From contig OZ316898.1 in assembly GCA_973895155.1 (NCBI GenBank), forward strand, positions 1,401,927-1,465,926: a stretch of 64,000 bases of DNA. The letters run 5' to 3'. The translations under genes and the position numbers were made by a program. Source of the DNA: Marsupella aquatica (taxonomy: Eukaryota > Plantae > Marchantiophyta). The number at the start of each line of letters is the position of its first letter. Position 1 is the stretch's first letter. The notes below the pieces were generated by a model. It did not search any database, was not told the DNA's origin, and was given only the letters and a program-made list of their open reading frames with translations. Positions 26,801 to 40,808 of the stretch are shown one piece after another.

Positions 26801-29745
26801 ATCCTCCTCAAGTGGCAAACAGCTTGGATGAAATTGCACTGAAATTGAGAGGTTTTTGTGCCGTCATATTTGTAAATCCAGTCTAAGTCTCTACTATTAT
26901 AGTGAAATAGCAAGCACTGATTAATCTGAATTATTTTTGTGTGTCAAACTACATTGCCTTACTTATCAAGGGTGAAATGGATTCCAGTATGAGTTCACTG
27001 GTTGAATTTTGGTTTTTGCTTTGTACTGTTCCATAAAGTTTGCATTTTGAAACACACAAAATGAAGCTAATATAAGCCCTCCCCCGTGAATATGCTCCCT
27101 ATGCTCAGAGTGCATGGTAAGCTCTCTCTCCCTCACCAGTGCACCTAATTTTACTTTCCCGTACACACAATATGTTATATTATATCCACCAAATATGTGT
27201 ACAGGGGGAAGAGAGCATTGTATCAGCATATAAGCACTCGTGGTTACAACAAAACAGGTTTGTTGATTGCATTGGAAGCATCCTAACCTTGTTGGAAGGG
27301 GCCAATCTACTGGGTCTTATTCGTATGCTACCAGACAGCCAATATAACAAGCACTCCTAAGTTCTAGAGATTCTGTTACTCACACAATAATGGAAGCTAC
27401 TCCCTACAATCACAGTGAGAAATTTTACAAAGTGTAACCATCTGAATTACAGAAAAGTTGTGTAAACACAACTAGAAAGTTGTTAGTAGTAAACAGCATA
27501 AGGAACATGATGATTGTCGCTTCCCCTTACACAAACGCCAATGACACACTATCACCTCTACTGTCTTGCATCCATTTCTTGCATCTTCATATTACATGGA
27601 AAACCAACAACCATGTTCAAACTGCTTACAAAACCTGAAGTGAGATAGAAGCCCCTTATGTGCTAGTCAATTTTTCGTGGGATATTATCACCTTTGAAAA
27701 TAATACAACCTGTGAATCAACAAAGTAATGACAAAGAAGAAGTGGTCACGGCAACTGAAAATTTCAATCTCATCAAACTTTATTTCCTTGCACAATTAAA
27801 CCACTAAACTAAGATACCAAATTTAAAAACAGTTGATCACTATAAGCCTATGCCATTGCCAGAACAACGTTATCCTTCAGTTGGGTTAGGGCCTCAGGAC
27901 AAGAATATTTCAATATGATCTCTATAATCATCCAAACGACAGAGTATCTAAGTGGAAAGCACCATTCAGTGCTCTATGGTGCATTAAAGGGATGTCCTTG
28001 ACATTCTCAAAGATCAAGTTCATGTCAAGTTCAGCCAAGCCTACCGTGTCCAAATTGTAGTTTTATTCCGAAGGACTGAACAAGCCAAGACCTTAGAAAG
28101 GTTGTTTGTTTTGTTCTTAAAATGATTCATACAAGTAATTAAGACTACAACTGGAGGCCAAAACTTACCTTGCAGCTGAAGATTAGAAATTATGCTAGGA
28201 GTTATATTTCAATAGATGTGCACCCAACTTTTGGCTCCATTTTCTTAGAGACCGCAGTAGAACGGCAAAGGACAACTCAAAACGGGAAATTTGCTTGGAC
28301 TATTTGCAGCACATGAACACTTTTAGTTCCAAGTTTCACAAAGAATCATTATCATGCAATTTCACCTGAGAACTCCTCCGGACGTCCTCCCCTCTGATCT
28401 TTGTTTTGAAAGAAAGCAATTTAATCGCTTTGCATGGCTGGAATTCTTGTTACTAGTAATCCACCCTTGGGTACCACATTTACCAAAGTACCAACCATGG
28501 GTTCCTGATGTATCTGTTAACCAAGGTCACAAGATAACATTAAGGTGTTTTTCTTTATCCTTTGTTCAGGAAGAATCAGGGTCAACTCGGGCAACAAATT
28601 AAGCATAGAGAAATTCCATTGATGAGACTTAGGAGGTAAGTCCTGTAATCAAAACTTTTCACAGGATTTTTTGGTAAGAAAGCAAAGAAGATCTGATTCA
28701 GACAACCCTCTCTTGCAGGACCCGTTGCAGGATTCTGACTTGAAATATTTACCTCTGTGCTATTAGTTTGTGCACATCTGAAGTTCCTACATTTCAAGTT
28801 CCTATATTTGAGAAGTTGGATTCCTGCTCATCCACAAGCAAGTGGGCATCTCAGATAAACATGTAGAACTTTAGCTTAACAGCTGAGAAATAGCGACCAT
28901 ACCATGCACCACTACTCTAGTCATCCCACACTTAGGTAAGATGACAAATTCCAAGTCATTCTACATTCTGAAACCCAGCTTTAATCACAATTGGTTGCCT
29001 ACTCACTCATTTGAAAACCAAAGAAGTCATTACCAATTTCAATGCAGCGTAATAGTCATTTGCTTTAAGCAGTCTTGGTAGTCTATTTTAGTCTTGGTGG
29101 TCATACTCACTCCAAAACCATTTCCTGGTTTTACCTTCACATGAAGTCATTTTATCAGTGCTCACTAGGTTTTTTATTGATTTTTTCCTACTAACGTGTA
29201 CAAATGTGATCACTAGGATATTCACATCCATGAATGGTGAGGTTGGCAGGGTATTAGAAGGAAGGATCAAACCCACATCTATAAATGAGTCCAATCATTC
29301 ATCAAGTTTACTTGAGTCTTCAATCAGAGGAGTTGCTAGACCAGTATCACAAACCAGTCAATTTTGTCTCTCTGCAGATTATCAGTGGCGATAAACACTT
29401 GTCAGCCACAACATATTATGGGACCTCAAGTGTGTCAATCAAGATTTTGCAACAAGTTTGCTGCATTTCTGTTATTCATAGGCTGTCAACCTAAATTTAA
29501 TTCTACTATCTCACCTGAGTGCAAACTTGAAGTATCCTAATATTTTCAACTTTCTAGAAGATACTAGGATGGGAAAATACACCAGTTGCCATATTAATGG
29601 CTGGTGAAAATTATACTGTTTTGCAAATTCATGAAAATTGTTCTAATGCCTGGAAGCAAGAGAATGAACAATCAGTGCCATGTATCTGATATTGACAACA
29701 AAATGCATTGATCAATAATATTACCATTTGGCTTCTCACTTTTTC

Positions 29746-32700
29746 CTATTTTGGTTGTGCATTCTTCCTGCCTTGTTTGTTAGTCCCACTAGACGTCGTT
29801 GCCTTGCAGTTGGTATTCTTAGCATTGGTGCTCCTTGCGGTGTCTAAAATTGGAGGAAGAGGATCAAACTGTCAGCTTGGAAATTCAGGTTTACAGAGAT
29901 AAAATGCTTCACCCAAAGTTAAGGATCCACATGAGCAACATTTACCAGCACCCTGTAGCACTTCTAGAAAAACTAGAGGAGCCACGGCCACGCACAAGTT
30001 TTGCTACATCAGTTGCTACAAGACTACATGGAGAACTCACCAAGTCCTCTTGAAACTTGCATAGAAAAATCTAAACACAACATAATTATAGGAATCAAAA
30101 TAGGAAGCATAGTATCAATGCTTTCCATAAGGTTGTCGGCAAACAAAGACAAAATTGAGAAAACATGCTGGCAAATGTGCATTGAGTACTTGCTCAACAA
30201 TTTTTTAGAAGAATATTTGCAACCCATAGTAGTGATGTTCACAAATTAAACTACTTTGGGCATGCCAAATCCGGAAGTTATGGTTGTCAAATACCAGCTC
30301 AAAGGAACCGCAACACAGATCACAAATGAAGTCTTATACAATCATGACAACTTCTGTAGCGTACCAAAGATCGGGGAGGAAGTGCTGAATATGGAACGAC
30401 TTTCTTTGCAGTCATAGAGAAATTTTCCACAATAGTGCGACGCGGAGATCCCAGGTTTGCAGGAGCTGACTTTGTAGAATACTGCCCTTGAGATATAGCA
30501 GATTCTCGTCCTACATTCATGGGCCTTAAGTTTATGGCTGCAAGTTTCCAATCTAGCCGCTCCAATGAAGCAAAGATCTTTCGTTCCTCCTCAAGAAGAC
30601 TCTGCCTTTGAGATTCCAGGTGGTTTTCCTTGTCTCCAAGGTACTCAACATACCCTCCAACATTCTTATGATTCTTGTTGTTTCCTGGTAGCATTGGTGC
30701 TAGATATCCTGCATTTTGAGTCCAATTTGTGTCTTGGCAGGTGTGTTGATCTTGATGACACTGATAAGATTCTAGGTCTGAAGAAATTTGGACCAACCCT
30801 GAAGTTTCACTAGTAGGGAGATGAGAAGGAAGAGTTGAACCTTCAATTTTCTGGAGAGGATGGTCCTCACCTCCTTGTGTATGTGGACACTTTGGTCTAT
30901 TGTATCCACAGTTGAGAAAAGAAGGAAGCTTCTGCTGTCTAGGTTCGCACACAAGGTGTCGTAGTCGTGATTGATGGGAACTTTGCTCACCACCCATATT
31001 AATGTTAGCAGAATTAGGCATAGAAGAATAGTATTTGGATCTCATGCTTTGAAAGTCTTCCCAATTCTTCTCAGGAAAAACATTGGTGGGTGCATTCCAA
31101 TCAATCTTCCATGCTGCATGGGTTTCCTGCATGCTATCAGCAGAGGTTGCCTCAATTGCCTTATTGTCGCAGGCATTACCTATTGTCTTTAAAGGAGGGT
31201 GGAGGCTCTCCTTCTCAGGCTTTACATTGCCTTGATGAAGCAAGAATTCTCTGCTGCTGTCTTTAGTCATACCACCAGGCAACAAGCTTGAAATTGGCGC
31301 TTCTCGCCCTCCTTCAAATTCATGAAGAGTCGAGGAACATTCTGAATGGTACATCATCTGCTCAGCAAGTCTAATGTTTGTAATCTTATTTTGTTCAAAA
31401 CTTGTGGCTCCCTGATCACTACTCATTGACTTGTTATCAAACCTAGATCCTGCCTTGTTGCCGTACAACTGTTGAAAGGGTTTTGATTCTTCCCTTTCAA
31501 AGTTTCTACCAATTCTATGAGTCATTTCTGCTTGCCCATTTACTAGAGGAGCACCACAAATTGAACCATCAAAAGAAATATAGTTTGAAACCTCAGCGCG
31601 TGGAGATGAAAGGAATAATTGTGTCTTGCTTACATGCTGAGCAAATTGTTGCCTGCCTGATGCTTCTGGGAATACTTCCAAACTTATGGCTTCCTGATCA
31701 TTAGATAGTGACTCTTGGTGAGAAGGAGATATGGCCCCGTTCCCATGTAGCTGTTGGAAGGGTTGGAAATCTTCCCTTTCAAAATTTCCTTGTACCCTCT
31801 GAATAATTTCAGCATGCCCATTTGCAAGTGAAGAATGGGAAACTGTACCCTCAGAAGTAATATCATTTAAAACCTCAACACTTGGAGATGAAAGGAAAAA
31901 TCTTGTCTTGCTTACATGCTGAGCAGATTTTTGCACTTCTGAATTCAAGAAGTCTTGCTCGTCACCCTTGATGCCAATTCCAGAAACTCTACTTGAACTT
32001 TCTTGCCCAATTTCCCTGTTGAATGAAAACTGATGATTTGTGTTACTTGCAACAACGTTCAAGTGGACAGGGTAAACATCAGACCCAGGAATCTGCATTG
32101 GTCCAGCCACTGGAAAAGCCTCAACCTGGTCATCTTGGAGGCAAATAGACTTCCAATTCATGTCACAATCGTCAAGACGAGATTCCATAGCTGTGACCTG
32201 TGCTATGAGCCGGGTTGTTGCAGCTTCATTTACCAAACGAGATTTTAATATCTCTTCCTTGAGGTCAGGGCCAGACCTCCTCATAGTAGATTCTCTTTTC
32301 CTAGACAAAGCTATTTCAAGTGAGGCAAACTCCGGATTTGTGCCTACTGATTCAGCACAACATCCTGCCACTTGTTGGAATACTTGAGGTCTAGCATCCT
32401 CTAAGTTGGAAAGCACTCCTCTATCTGATTGTGATTCATTTAGCTTGTCAAAAATAGTGTTGGCAGCAAAGATACTCCAGTTGTTGATGTCAGTCATGTT
32501 TGGACTATGATGATCCTTGACAAAGTCGGCCTCACTTGGTGTGGCATTCCTACTAAGATTCAACATATCAAAATCAGTGCAAACTCCTAACTTCTAGAAG
32601 CTTATAGTGCTCATGCATACATAGCGTTTCAAGTCCAGTAAATGATAAAGACAAATGAATAGCCCTACAATGTGTGACCATTAATAGTTAAGACGCATTA

Positions 32701-33934
32701 TTTTTAGACCTTGGTATAGATTTCATAGAGAGAAGACACACTGCTTGGGCTTGACTATCACTCTCTAATCTGGGTGATATATTCAAACCTCGATTCAAGT
32801 TACAATGATTGAAGGAGTATCACTTACTGGGCCCATGTTGCAGATGTATTGACAGCAATCTCACATGTGGCAGAACGTGTTTTGGGGGGGTGCAACATTT
32901 CATATGCACTATGACTATCCTTTCCCAAGAGTGGATTTTGAGTGACAGTCTCTCCACAAGTAGGTGTCACTTCCAAGAGTTGAACTAAGTCACAAGGATT
33001 CTTGTCGAGGCACAAGTCTCGTGCACCAGATCTAGAAGGTGACCCTAAAAATTGTGCAGGGAGACCTGAGTCACAACATGCCATTCTGCAGGAATAGTGG
33101 CCTTGCACACCAAGGTCAGGGTTTGAGGAGCCCCTTTTGGAGGGACGGTTGTGCACAACAGCTTTAGCATTCTCCCGCAATTTAAGAATTAGCTCCTGAT
33201 CCCTTAGAAGACATGTCTTCCAGTGCACTCTTTTGTTGTCATTGCCGTAACGCTTTCCATTGGTGGCACACTTCACCGGTGGTTGTGCTGCTGAGTGTAT
33301 GTATGCAGACAGTCTAGCACGTTCTTGTTTCCTCCTCTCCAAAATTTCTGCTTTCTGTCTTTGTTCATCAAGTTCCTTCTGCAATTGAACTTCCTGCCAT
33401 TTCCTGCATAAAGGAGTTAGGAGACACATGATTAATTATTTTTTCACAAACCTTTCATGCACTGAATAAATATTGACAAAACAAACATATACCCTACTGT
33501 CTAAAAGAGAGGTAAGACTACAGAAGAGCAAAGGTTGCATCCCCTTTTTAGTTAAAAAACATCAGCACAACAACCAGAAATAGAGGCGTAAAAACCATGT
33601 TTACCCCATGATGACTACAAAGAAGTTGATTACTCAAAGGGTCAGCTAGCAAACAAACTCATCGTCTCAGTTTCAAAGAAATTCAGAATGTAAAAGACTG
33701 AGGTGAGCTCAATCATGGCACAATATCAGTTTCAAATCAAAAGAAATCCACAAAATAAGTAGTATACAAAACATTTCAATTTCATAACAATGATCCAAGT
33801 GACCTCACAACAGTAGTTACGTACTTTTGTCGCATGACAGTGGTTTTGGCATTAATAAGCCAACGTCTTTCCATGCTTGCCCTCACACCTCCAAACCCCA
33901 AAGTGCCACCGTCCCTAACTCTTTCACACCCCAT
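29746..33934 (-). CDS. Large multi-exon coiled-coil/disordered protein (~1000 aa), function unknown; possible CEP126/K1377-like
   Basis: In-phase exons: 33934-33825 (MGCERV...MRQK), 33403-32828 (KWQEVQLQKELDEQRQKAEILERRKQERARL...) and 32552-30365 (most of the 748-aa ORF). One or two uncertain terminal exons follow, near 30070-29942 and/or 29869-29746. The 3' end is not firmly resolved. Confidence 0.7.
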
Positions 33935-36900
33935 CTTACTTTAGGGCTTCAATCCTGCTCACATGTTCCTTAGGTTTACTGCTCACACAGTATGACTGTA
34001 TGACAGCTGAGGCACTCCTCTGTCTTCAACTCCCTTGAAATTGAAATTAGCCAGGCATCTGTATTGCACCCACTTGGCTTGAAGTCTAGGAGCAGGTCTT
34101 TGTGACTGTTTATGAACCATTAAGTTTATCATGAACCCTGTAAACAGAGAGAAAATTAGGTAGCACTAAATACTCAAATGCCTACATGATATCTTTGAAA
34201 TATTAATTGTGGTGTTTAGGCCAATAATTAAGACCTGGGTGACGTATAGCCTTAAATCAATGTGATGCGATGACCTGACTAAAATCCACCGTTGGCTTTG
34301 TAACGTGACAATGTACTGGTTGGTAAAACTTGTGGGAGTTGATGGAAAAAAAATGATAAAGCTTCATTCTTCATAACCACGATGACTCCTGAATTTTTTT
34401 GCTATTTGTTAAAATTCCATGTCGGAATTCTTGTACAAATATCTGACATTTTTCTTGAGGATTTTCCAAAATGCTCAGCACAATCCAAGCTCAATTGCCT
34501 CTTGCATGGTTTAACTCTTTACAATTCAAGATGGTTAACGAAGAGTTGAAACATGTTCAAGGTTTCAATGCAAATTGGTTGTGGCTGTTGTTTCTATTAA
34601 AGAGTAGGTCAAGTGAGCCTTAGAACAACCAAATTGAACATTCAAGTGAAACATATGATTGTACTGTAGCAGTTTGCAACATCAGACGAAGCCTCAACTG
34701 AATTATTTGCTTGGTAAGGACTTGTTGCTGTCCATTATTACACTCTGACTATTGTGTTGCTGATGAAATTATTCAAGTTTGTCTGGAATTCTTTCTCCCC
34801 CTTCTTTGATTTCTTTAATATGCCTAAGTTTTTATTGTAACCATCGTCAGTTGAACATTCTGGGTTGAAATTATGTGGCTATCATAAAGTTCCCATAGGT
34901 CATATAAGAGGAGAAACAAATTTGGGTGTTGATGGCCTTTTTCTGTAGCCATCCTCGATTGAGCATGCAGCTTTAAGGAGCCACCATCAAAACACCAAAT
35001 TCGATGCAAGTTTGTTGAATATCATTTTATAGCTACTGCCCGCCCCCTTATGAATGGACGCCACTTCTCTATTTTCATTTTCCTGAAGAAAACTTGGAAA
35101 CTGTGGAAAAATTGTCACTGGAGACCAACCACCAAGTGCACATTCAATTAGGTGAAAGTTAAGTCTTGAAGTATGGGCAAAACATTTCATTATAAATTGA
35201 GGTGCCTCTTCATTCATTTCCAACTTCCTCTTATCAGGGTCAGTCCCATTTCTTTAATGGCCACTTTTTCTAAGGTCCTTACTCATGAAATTAATGGAGC
35301 TTGAATTGTATACTCAATTGATTTCACATAAAAGTAGCTCCCTTGTCCCAAAAGAAGATCGTCAGTAGACCCTTTCAATAGAACATTGGGAAGATTCAAA
35401 GATGCTGAGATTCTGGTGGAGTGAGAGTAGGAACCAAACTGCGCAGTTTAGGCAACTAATATAAAGGGTTGAACCTGCAATTGTGACCCTCTTGTTGACT
35501 TTGGAGGAGCCAGAGTTTCTTGCTCGCAATGTGAAGTTCTTGGCCAGAGGATGATCTTCCCGAGCAGTTGACAGTTAACTTTTCAAGCTAGTGGGTTGGC
35601 ATTGATTTACAGCCAGGCAACCCCTGCCCAGAGATCACCAGTAGAGCATACTTGCAGTTCACACTTATCACCAATATAGCATACTGGCAGTTCACACATC
35701 TTGTCCCTGGGAGGTCCAATAGATTTCCCTATAGGCAGGCCAAAACTCCCTGTGGACACATAGTAAAGATTGTACTCTCACCTTATTGTCCTCACAAATT
35801 CTGTTGTAAGGCTTTTTGATCCCACCGCTGCCCCATCCTCTAGAAAAATTGCATTCTCTTTGCCAAAGTGCATTCAAAGGCCAAATCCACCCACCTACAT
35901 TATTCTGCCTTCCTTCTCCATGGCACTGGCAACACGTATTGAGATTAAAGCAGGAATGTAGTACTCCCTCCAGGTGCCCCCAAAAAGTTCCATATATGTG
36001 AGTCAAGAATTGTGTTTCCTGAAATGGACTCTCTAACCTGAAACCCTGAATTTACCACAATTCTTGTGATGGCCACTATCTTGGAGTATACAGGAATTAT
36101 GTAATGGGGAGCTTCAAGGGAGGGTAATCAGGAGAATATTTGTTCTGTCATGGTGACCAAATGCTTCCTGGTCACACACTTGGTCCATGTTACAAACAAG
36201 AAAACTCTGTAGAAGAAGGGACCCTCACTCACCCTGGAACCCGGTAATGAACCTGCCTTGAATCATGGAATCATGTTCAGTCAAATTGATGCACCAATCA
36301 AAACGATTTATACAACACATAGAGCACCACAGCGGATTTGAAATTCAATCCTCATGAATGTATAAGCCATTTACGGTTGAGACCTGCCATAAGGATATGG
36401 CACTACCTTGTCCATTGGATCAGAAGATGAAGAAACTACCATCAGACAAGTCACTGTGAGCTAAGGTCAACATAAGTTCACCTCCACAAGTGCAATTCTC
36501 GGTGCAATTTATAGGATTACCTTTAGAGTTGCACCTCTCAACTCCTTCGAGTCTGGAATTCCCGACAAAATTGCAATTGTAGAGGGATGTGCAATTTGAA
36601 GAGGGTTTTCATAATTTTCCAGCAGACGTGGTGACAAATTCCATCCCAAAATTGTCTGCACTGGATTTTGGATTCCAGCCTGTCTTGTCTGCTAACATTT
36701 TCAAGGCAACTTTGCAGGTTTCAGTGTGGGGAGCACTCACCTCGTGTAGTAAGGAGGGTTATCATGTACACTAGACAATCACTGTCACTTATAAAGCACC
36801 CTGGATATTTGCAATACAAAGGGATTGACAATCACTTGCAGTCATTCCCTAAAATCAGGGCCCTGAAAAGACAAGTGATGCATGCATGGACAAATAAAGG

Positions 36901-37494
36901 GCGACAGAGGTCAAATGTCCCTTGCAAGAACCTGAGGTGACAGGGGAAATGGCCAGGTGAAGCAAAATGTCCACAGAAAAGGATATACAGTTACTCATCA
37001 TAAATGACAAATGAGGTGTACTTTTCACCCAGCCTTGCCAAGATTAACATGTATATATGCAATTTAAGAAACAATTGTCTGTAAGGGCTGTAGATGTGGT
37101 GGATTGTGCTTTATCTGTTTGTCTGTAGTGAATCCTGATCGCACTTATGCAGATGGTGCAATGCTTGAATTCCTGTGTAATGTTTTTGGGAGTACCACAG
37201 ATATTGCAGTAACAATCAAAGATTTCTGTAAAAATAACTTTTTGAGAAAAAAGGAAAAAGAAGAAGCATTGTGCCTATGGAGGTTGCACTTATGGAGGCA
37301 AAATATAGATTCCAATACTTTATGGCTCAAGAGTAGACATGTTAGGGTGCATTCTATTTCACAGGTGATGAACATGAGGTTACTCGCACATGCCACTCAT
37401 ATCCTGGTGCCCAGCCGGTCACCCTTTACATTTGGGAGAGGGCGTCACAGTCAGCAGGTCATGGTAACATTCTGTTCCCAGTCACCCGTCCCCC

Positions 37495-37571
37495 GGGAGG
37501 CCCCCATTGACATCACTGGGACTAGATCAGACTGGGAGGCCCCCATTGACATCACTGGGACTAGATCAGAC
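37495..37571. repeat. Tandem duplication, 2 x 39 bp
   Basis: GGGAGGCCCCCATTGACATCACTGGGACTAGATCAGAC occurs twice. Confidence 0.9.
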
Positions 37572-39889
37572 CAGTGACTGACTGGAACTACAGGTTGTCT
37601 CCTCTTTAAAGTTGTGAGGGTCGAGTGAAACTTTTATTAACAATGTTTTACCAAATGGCCAGCTACTCCAGTGATTTTATGTACTGTACTATGATCCACG
37701 ATCACAATTTATGGTTCAGGACCTAAAGACATAGGCTGTAATTTCTGCGATTACAGAAAATTCTGATATTAAAAATATGCCTATGCCTTGGGACTTGCAC
37801 GGGAGTCTCTCTGGAGGGAGCCCTTCTTGTGCAAAGGCATGGATAAGAGAAATATTAGGACTAGTTGATACAAAGAAAGCATCAACACCCTCATTAACTT
37901 CACATTCACACTTAGCTTTTCTACTCTAATTCACATATGCTAGGGCCACAGATTTTGATGCGGAATCTCCTGGGGCACCCACCTTATTTCCATTGGATGA
38001 CAAACAATTGTTTAAGATGCCTAAGTTCTTTTTATGTAGGTAACACCAATTCATAAGTGTAGGCAGCAATTTCGGTCACTCAAATTAGTGCCAGTAAAAC
38101 TTATTGCAAAGTGAGCACTGTATTTGAGCATATACTTTGCATTCCATGAAAGATTCACTAATTTTAAAGAGCCAATTGGGAATTGATACAGATTGTTTTT
38201 CCATTTCCATAGAGGGTTGGCCAATTGAAGATTCCTTTGACAATTATTTGCCTAACTCTGACAGCGAAGATCTAACCATACAAGATCTGAGGGTGAATAT
38301 AAAACCTTACAATCATGCCTTAAGTATGTACATCCCTGCAAGCATGATCATGGAGCAAAGATTCACCGTTTGTGAGGCTGACATAAAACACAAAAAATTT
38401 GTATTGGATCAGTTTGTTTTTTGGGAGGGACCAGTGTTGTCTGTAAAGCAAAGGAATTTAATTAATTTAAGGCCCCATTTGCAAACGAAAGAATCTTTTG
38501 AAAGCCACTGTAGAATCCATCCACCACGACGTGATTTAATCCATCATAGTTCGATAGTGTCCGGATACCTTGGGATGACTTTTAGACAGAACTCTACAGC
38601 CTATGGAACAAATTGGGATTGGTGCTTCACCACTACTTGCCCGGATACCCGTGCATAATTACAAAGGAGGGGTTCCCTGTACCCAGGTAAGTCCCGACTT
38701 ACAAGCATACGGTAATAGTCATTAGGTTCATGGTTTAAATAATTGATTAAAAACATTTGGACGTATCAACTGGGAAAAATTTGACAATCCAGACGTATCA
38801 ACTGGGAAAAATCTTCTGTCCATTCCATGAAATTGGGAAGAAGTTATAATTCAAAGGTGTCGGCTGGGGAAAATTATGAGGGGCAAAATGCTTTGGACAT
38901 CTTTTGTTTGGCTAGAAATAGGCGCAAATCTATGTTTTTACTGTGTCTTAGAAAAATACCAGAAATGATTTCAAAATAATATTTTGGCTGGGAAAATTTC
39001 TACCCCACAATTGTGGCAGGCAGAAACAACATTTAATTAACTTTTTGCGGTTAAGAACCACTGACCGGCAGTGTAAATGTCAACATTGTCTGCTTCAAAC
39101 TAAATTACCACCTATGGCTTACTCTACCAAGCAGGTCTCAAATGGTGGACTTCGGTTGCAAACTCTACTATAGATGGCACAACATTAGCTCAAAGTTTTG
39201 CACCAACTGAAAAAACAAAATATTTAAGCTTCCAGTGAGGTGTGATGCAGGGCTCGTACCCTCACATGCTAGCTATAACAAACAAAACCAAGTTTTAGAA
39301 AATCTGGCTGCAAGTTGTCTAAGGCCCTACCCAATTTCCCAGGAGGGCATCTCAAAGATAACAGCTCTTGGGCTTATATTTTGGGGAATGCACTCTGGAA
39401 GGGCCTTATTCTACTTTTAATGCTCTGGTTTTACAAGCAATACTTAGACAATAATGCAATACAGCAGGCACCTAGAACTAGGAGGTCATGCCCAATGCCT
39501 AAGTATTAAGCTTCTTTGCCAATAGAAGGTTACTCACCTCATTGAGCAAGATGTCTCATTTTGATCTTTGGCCCAAATTGTGGCACACGGTACACAAATG
39601 TGGTCCCTTGGTGTGATCCAATTCTTCCTCAATCCACACAATCATTGAACTCACAAATCCGCTTGGAGATACAGAATGGTATTCCAAAGCGTATAGTGTG
39701 AGTTCAATCACAGAACTGAAGGTGACACACGGTATACTTGTAGAGGTATTGTATTTCTCACAACACCCTAATTTTCTGTTGGTTTGAGTTCAATAATGCC
39801 ACTATACGAAAACCATGGCATTCTAGTAAGTGGTTTAAAAAACTGCAGCATTTTGAGCATTCTTCAAAATGTGGCAACAAGGAGAACCC

Positions 39890-40185
39890 AACTCTAGATT
39901 TCCGGCTCTACAACAAGTAGAAGGTCCCACTTTTCTTGATACTTACATCACGCCCCACCTTAAACTAGAGAATTCTATCCATATTCTTCAGCATATGGCA
40001 ACATTGTAAGAGATGTAGGTTGGGTGACTTGCCATGTACTGAATGGATAAGAGTTTACTACTGACGGTAATTATTGAACAGATAAGATAAGCATAAGCAT
40101 ATAATTTTTCGAGTTTGAGGAGGGAAATCGAAGTATCAAGAAAAGTGGGACCTTTACCAGTTGGCTGCCGCAAGTCTAGGGTAGT
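39890..40185. repeat. Inverted repeat / decayed MITE
   Basis: Perfect 24-bp inverted pair AAGGTCCCACTTTTCTTGATACTT (39921-44) and AAGTATCAAGAAAAGTGGGACCTT (40131-54), with degenerate extension on both sides. Confidence 0.7.
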
Positions 40186-40808
40186 ATGGGTGGGTTTCTC
40201 TTTCATTCCCAAAACACAAGAAAAGTAGTTCATCTCATTGACTTTCATTCGTGTGGCTTCTTTCTTTTCTTTCATCAATTGTCTTTATGCTCTACACAAC
40301 ACCCCTAAACTAAGCTTGAACCTTTTGCATGGTAATCCAATACTGATCCTTTTGGATATAGTAGGGCGTCTCAAAGTAGGGGACGGCCAAAAAGTTACGG
40401 GAACTGTCTGGGTCCCGTAACTCAAGTTACGGGACAAAATAAAGGCCACAACTTGCGATGGGGTTTCAGCTTTGACCCGAACCGTTAGGCATGACTTACG
40501 GGTTACAGCCCGCTCAAAGTTGAGCGCCCATTCTTTCCCTCGCCCATCACAGATCGTCAGGGGCCTCGTGGAGATGCCACATCAACTACATGTTTAGAGC
40601 GTATGCCTTGAATCCATCCGATGCTCACTACTCCTCATCCAGAACAGTAAGGAGTTCAAATCAAAATTTGAAAGGATTCAAACTCCTGCGTCGTTTATAA
40701 TTCATGAAACCTGAAATTTAGCACTTCTCAGTTGAAGAAATTTATGTCTTCATCGTTGCGCATCCAAGATAAGCAGAGCACACATTCAATTTGGAATTCA
40801 TATTGACA

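Noticed and set aside
34400-38700. Stretch that reads like minus-strand coding sequence upstream of the unknown gene
   Set aside because: Every frame I tried is interrupted by stops within ~20-80 codons and no domain is recognisable. It could be a decayed exon or pseudogene, but I cannot support that.
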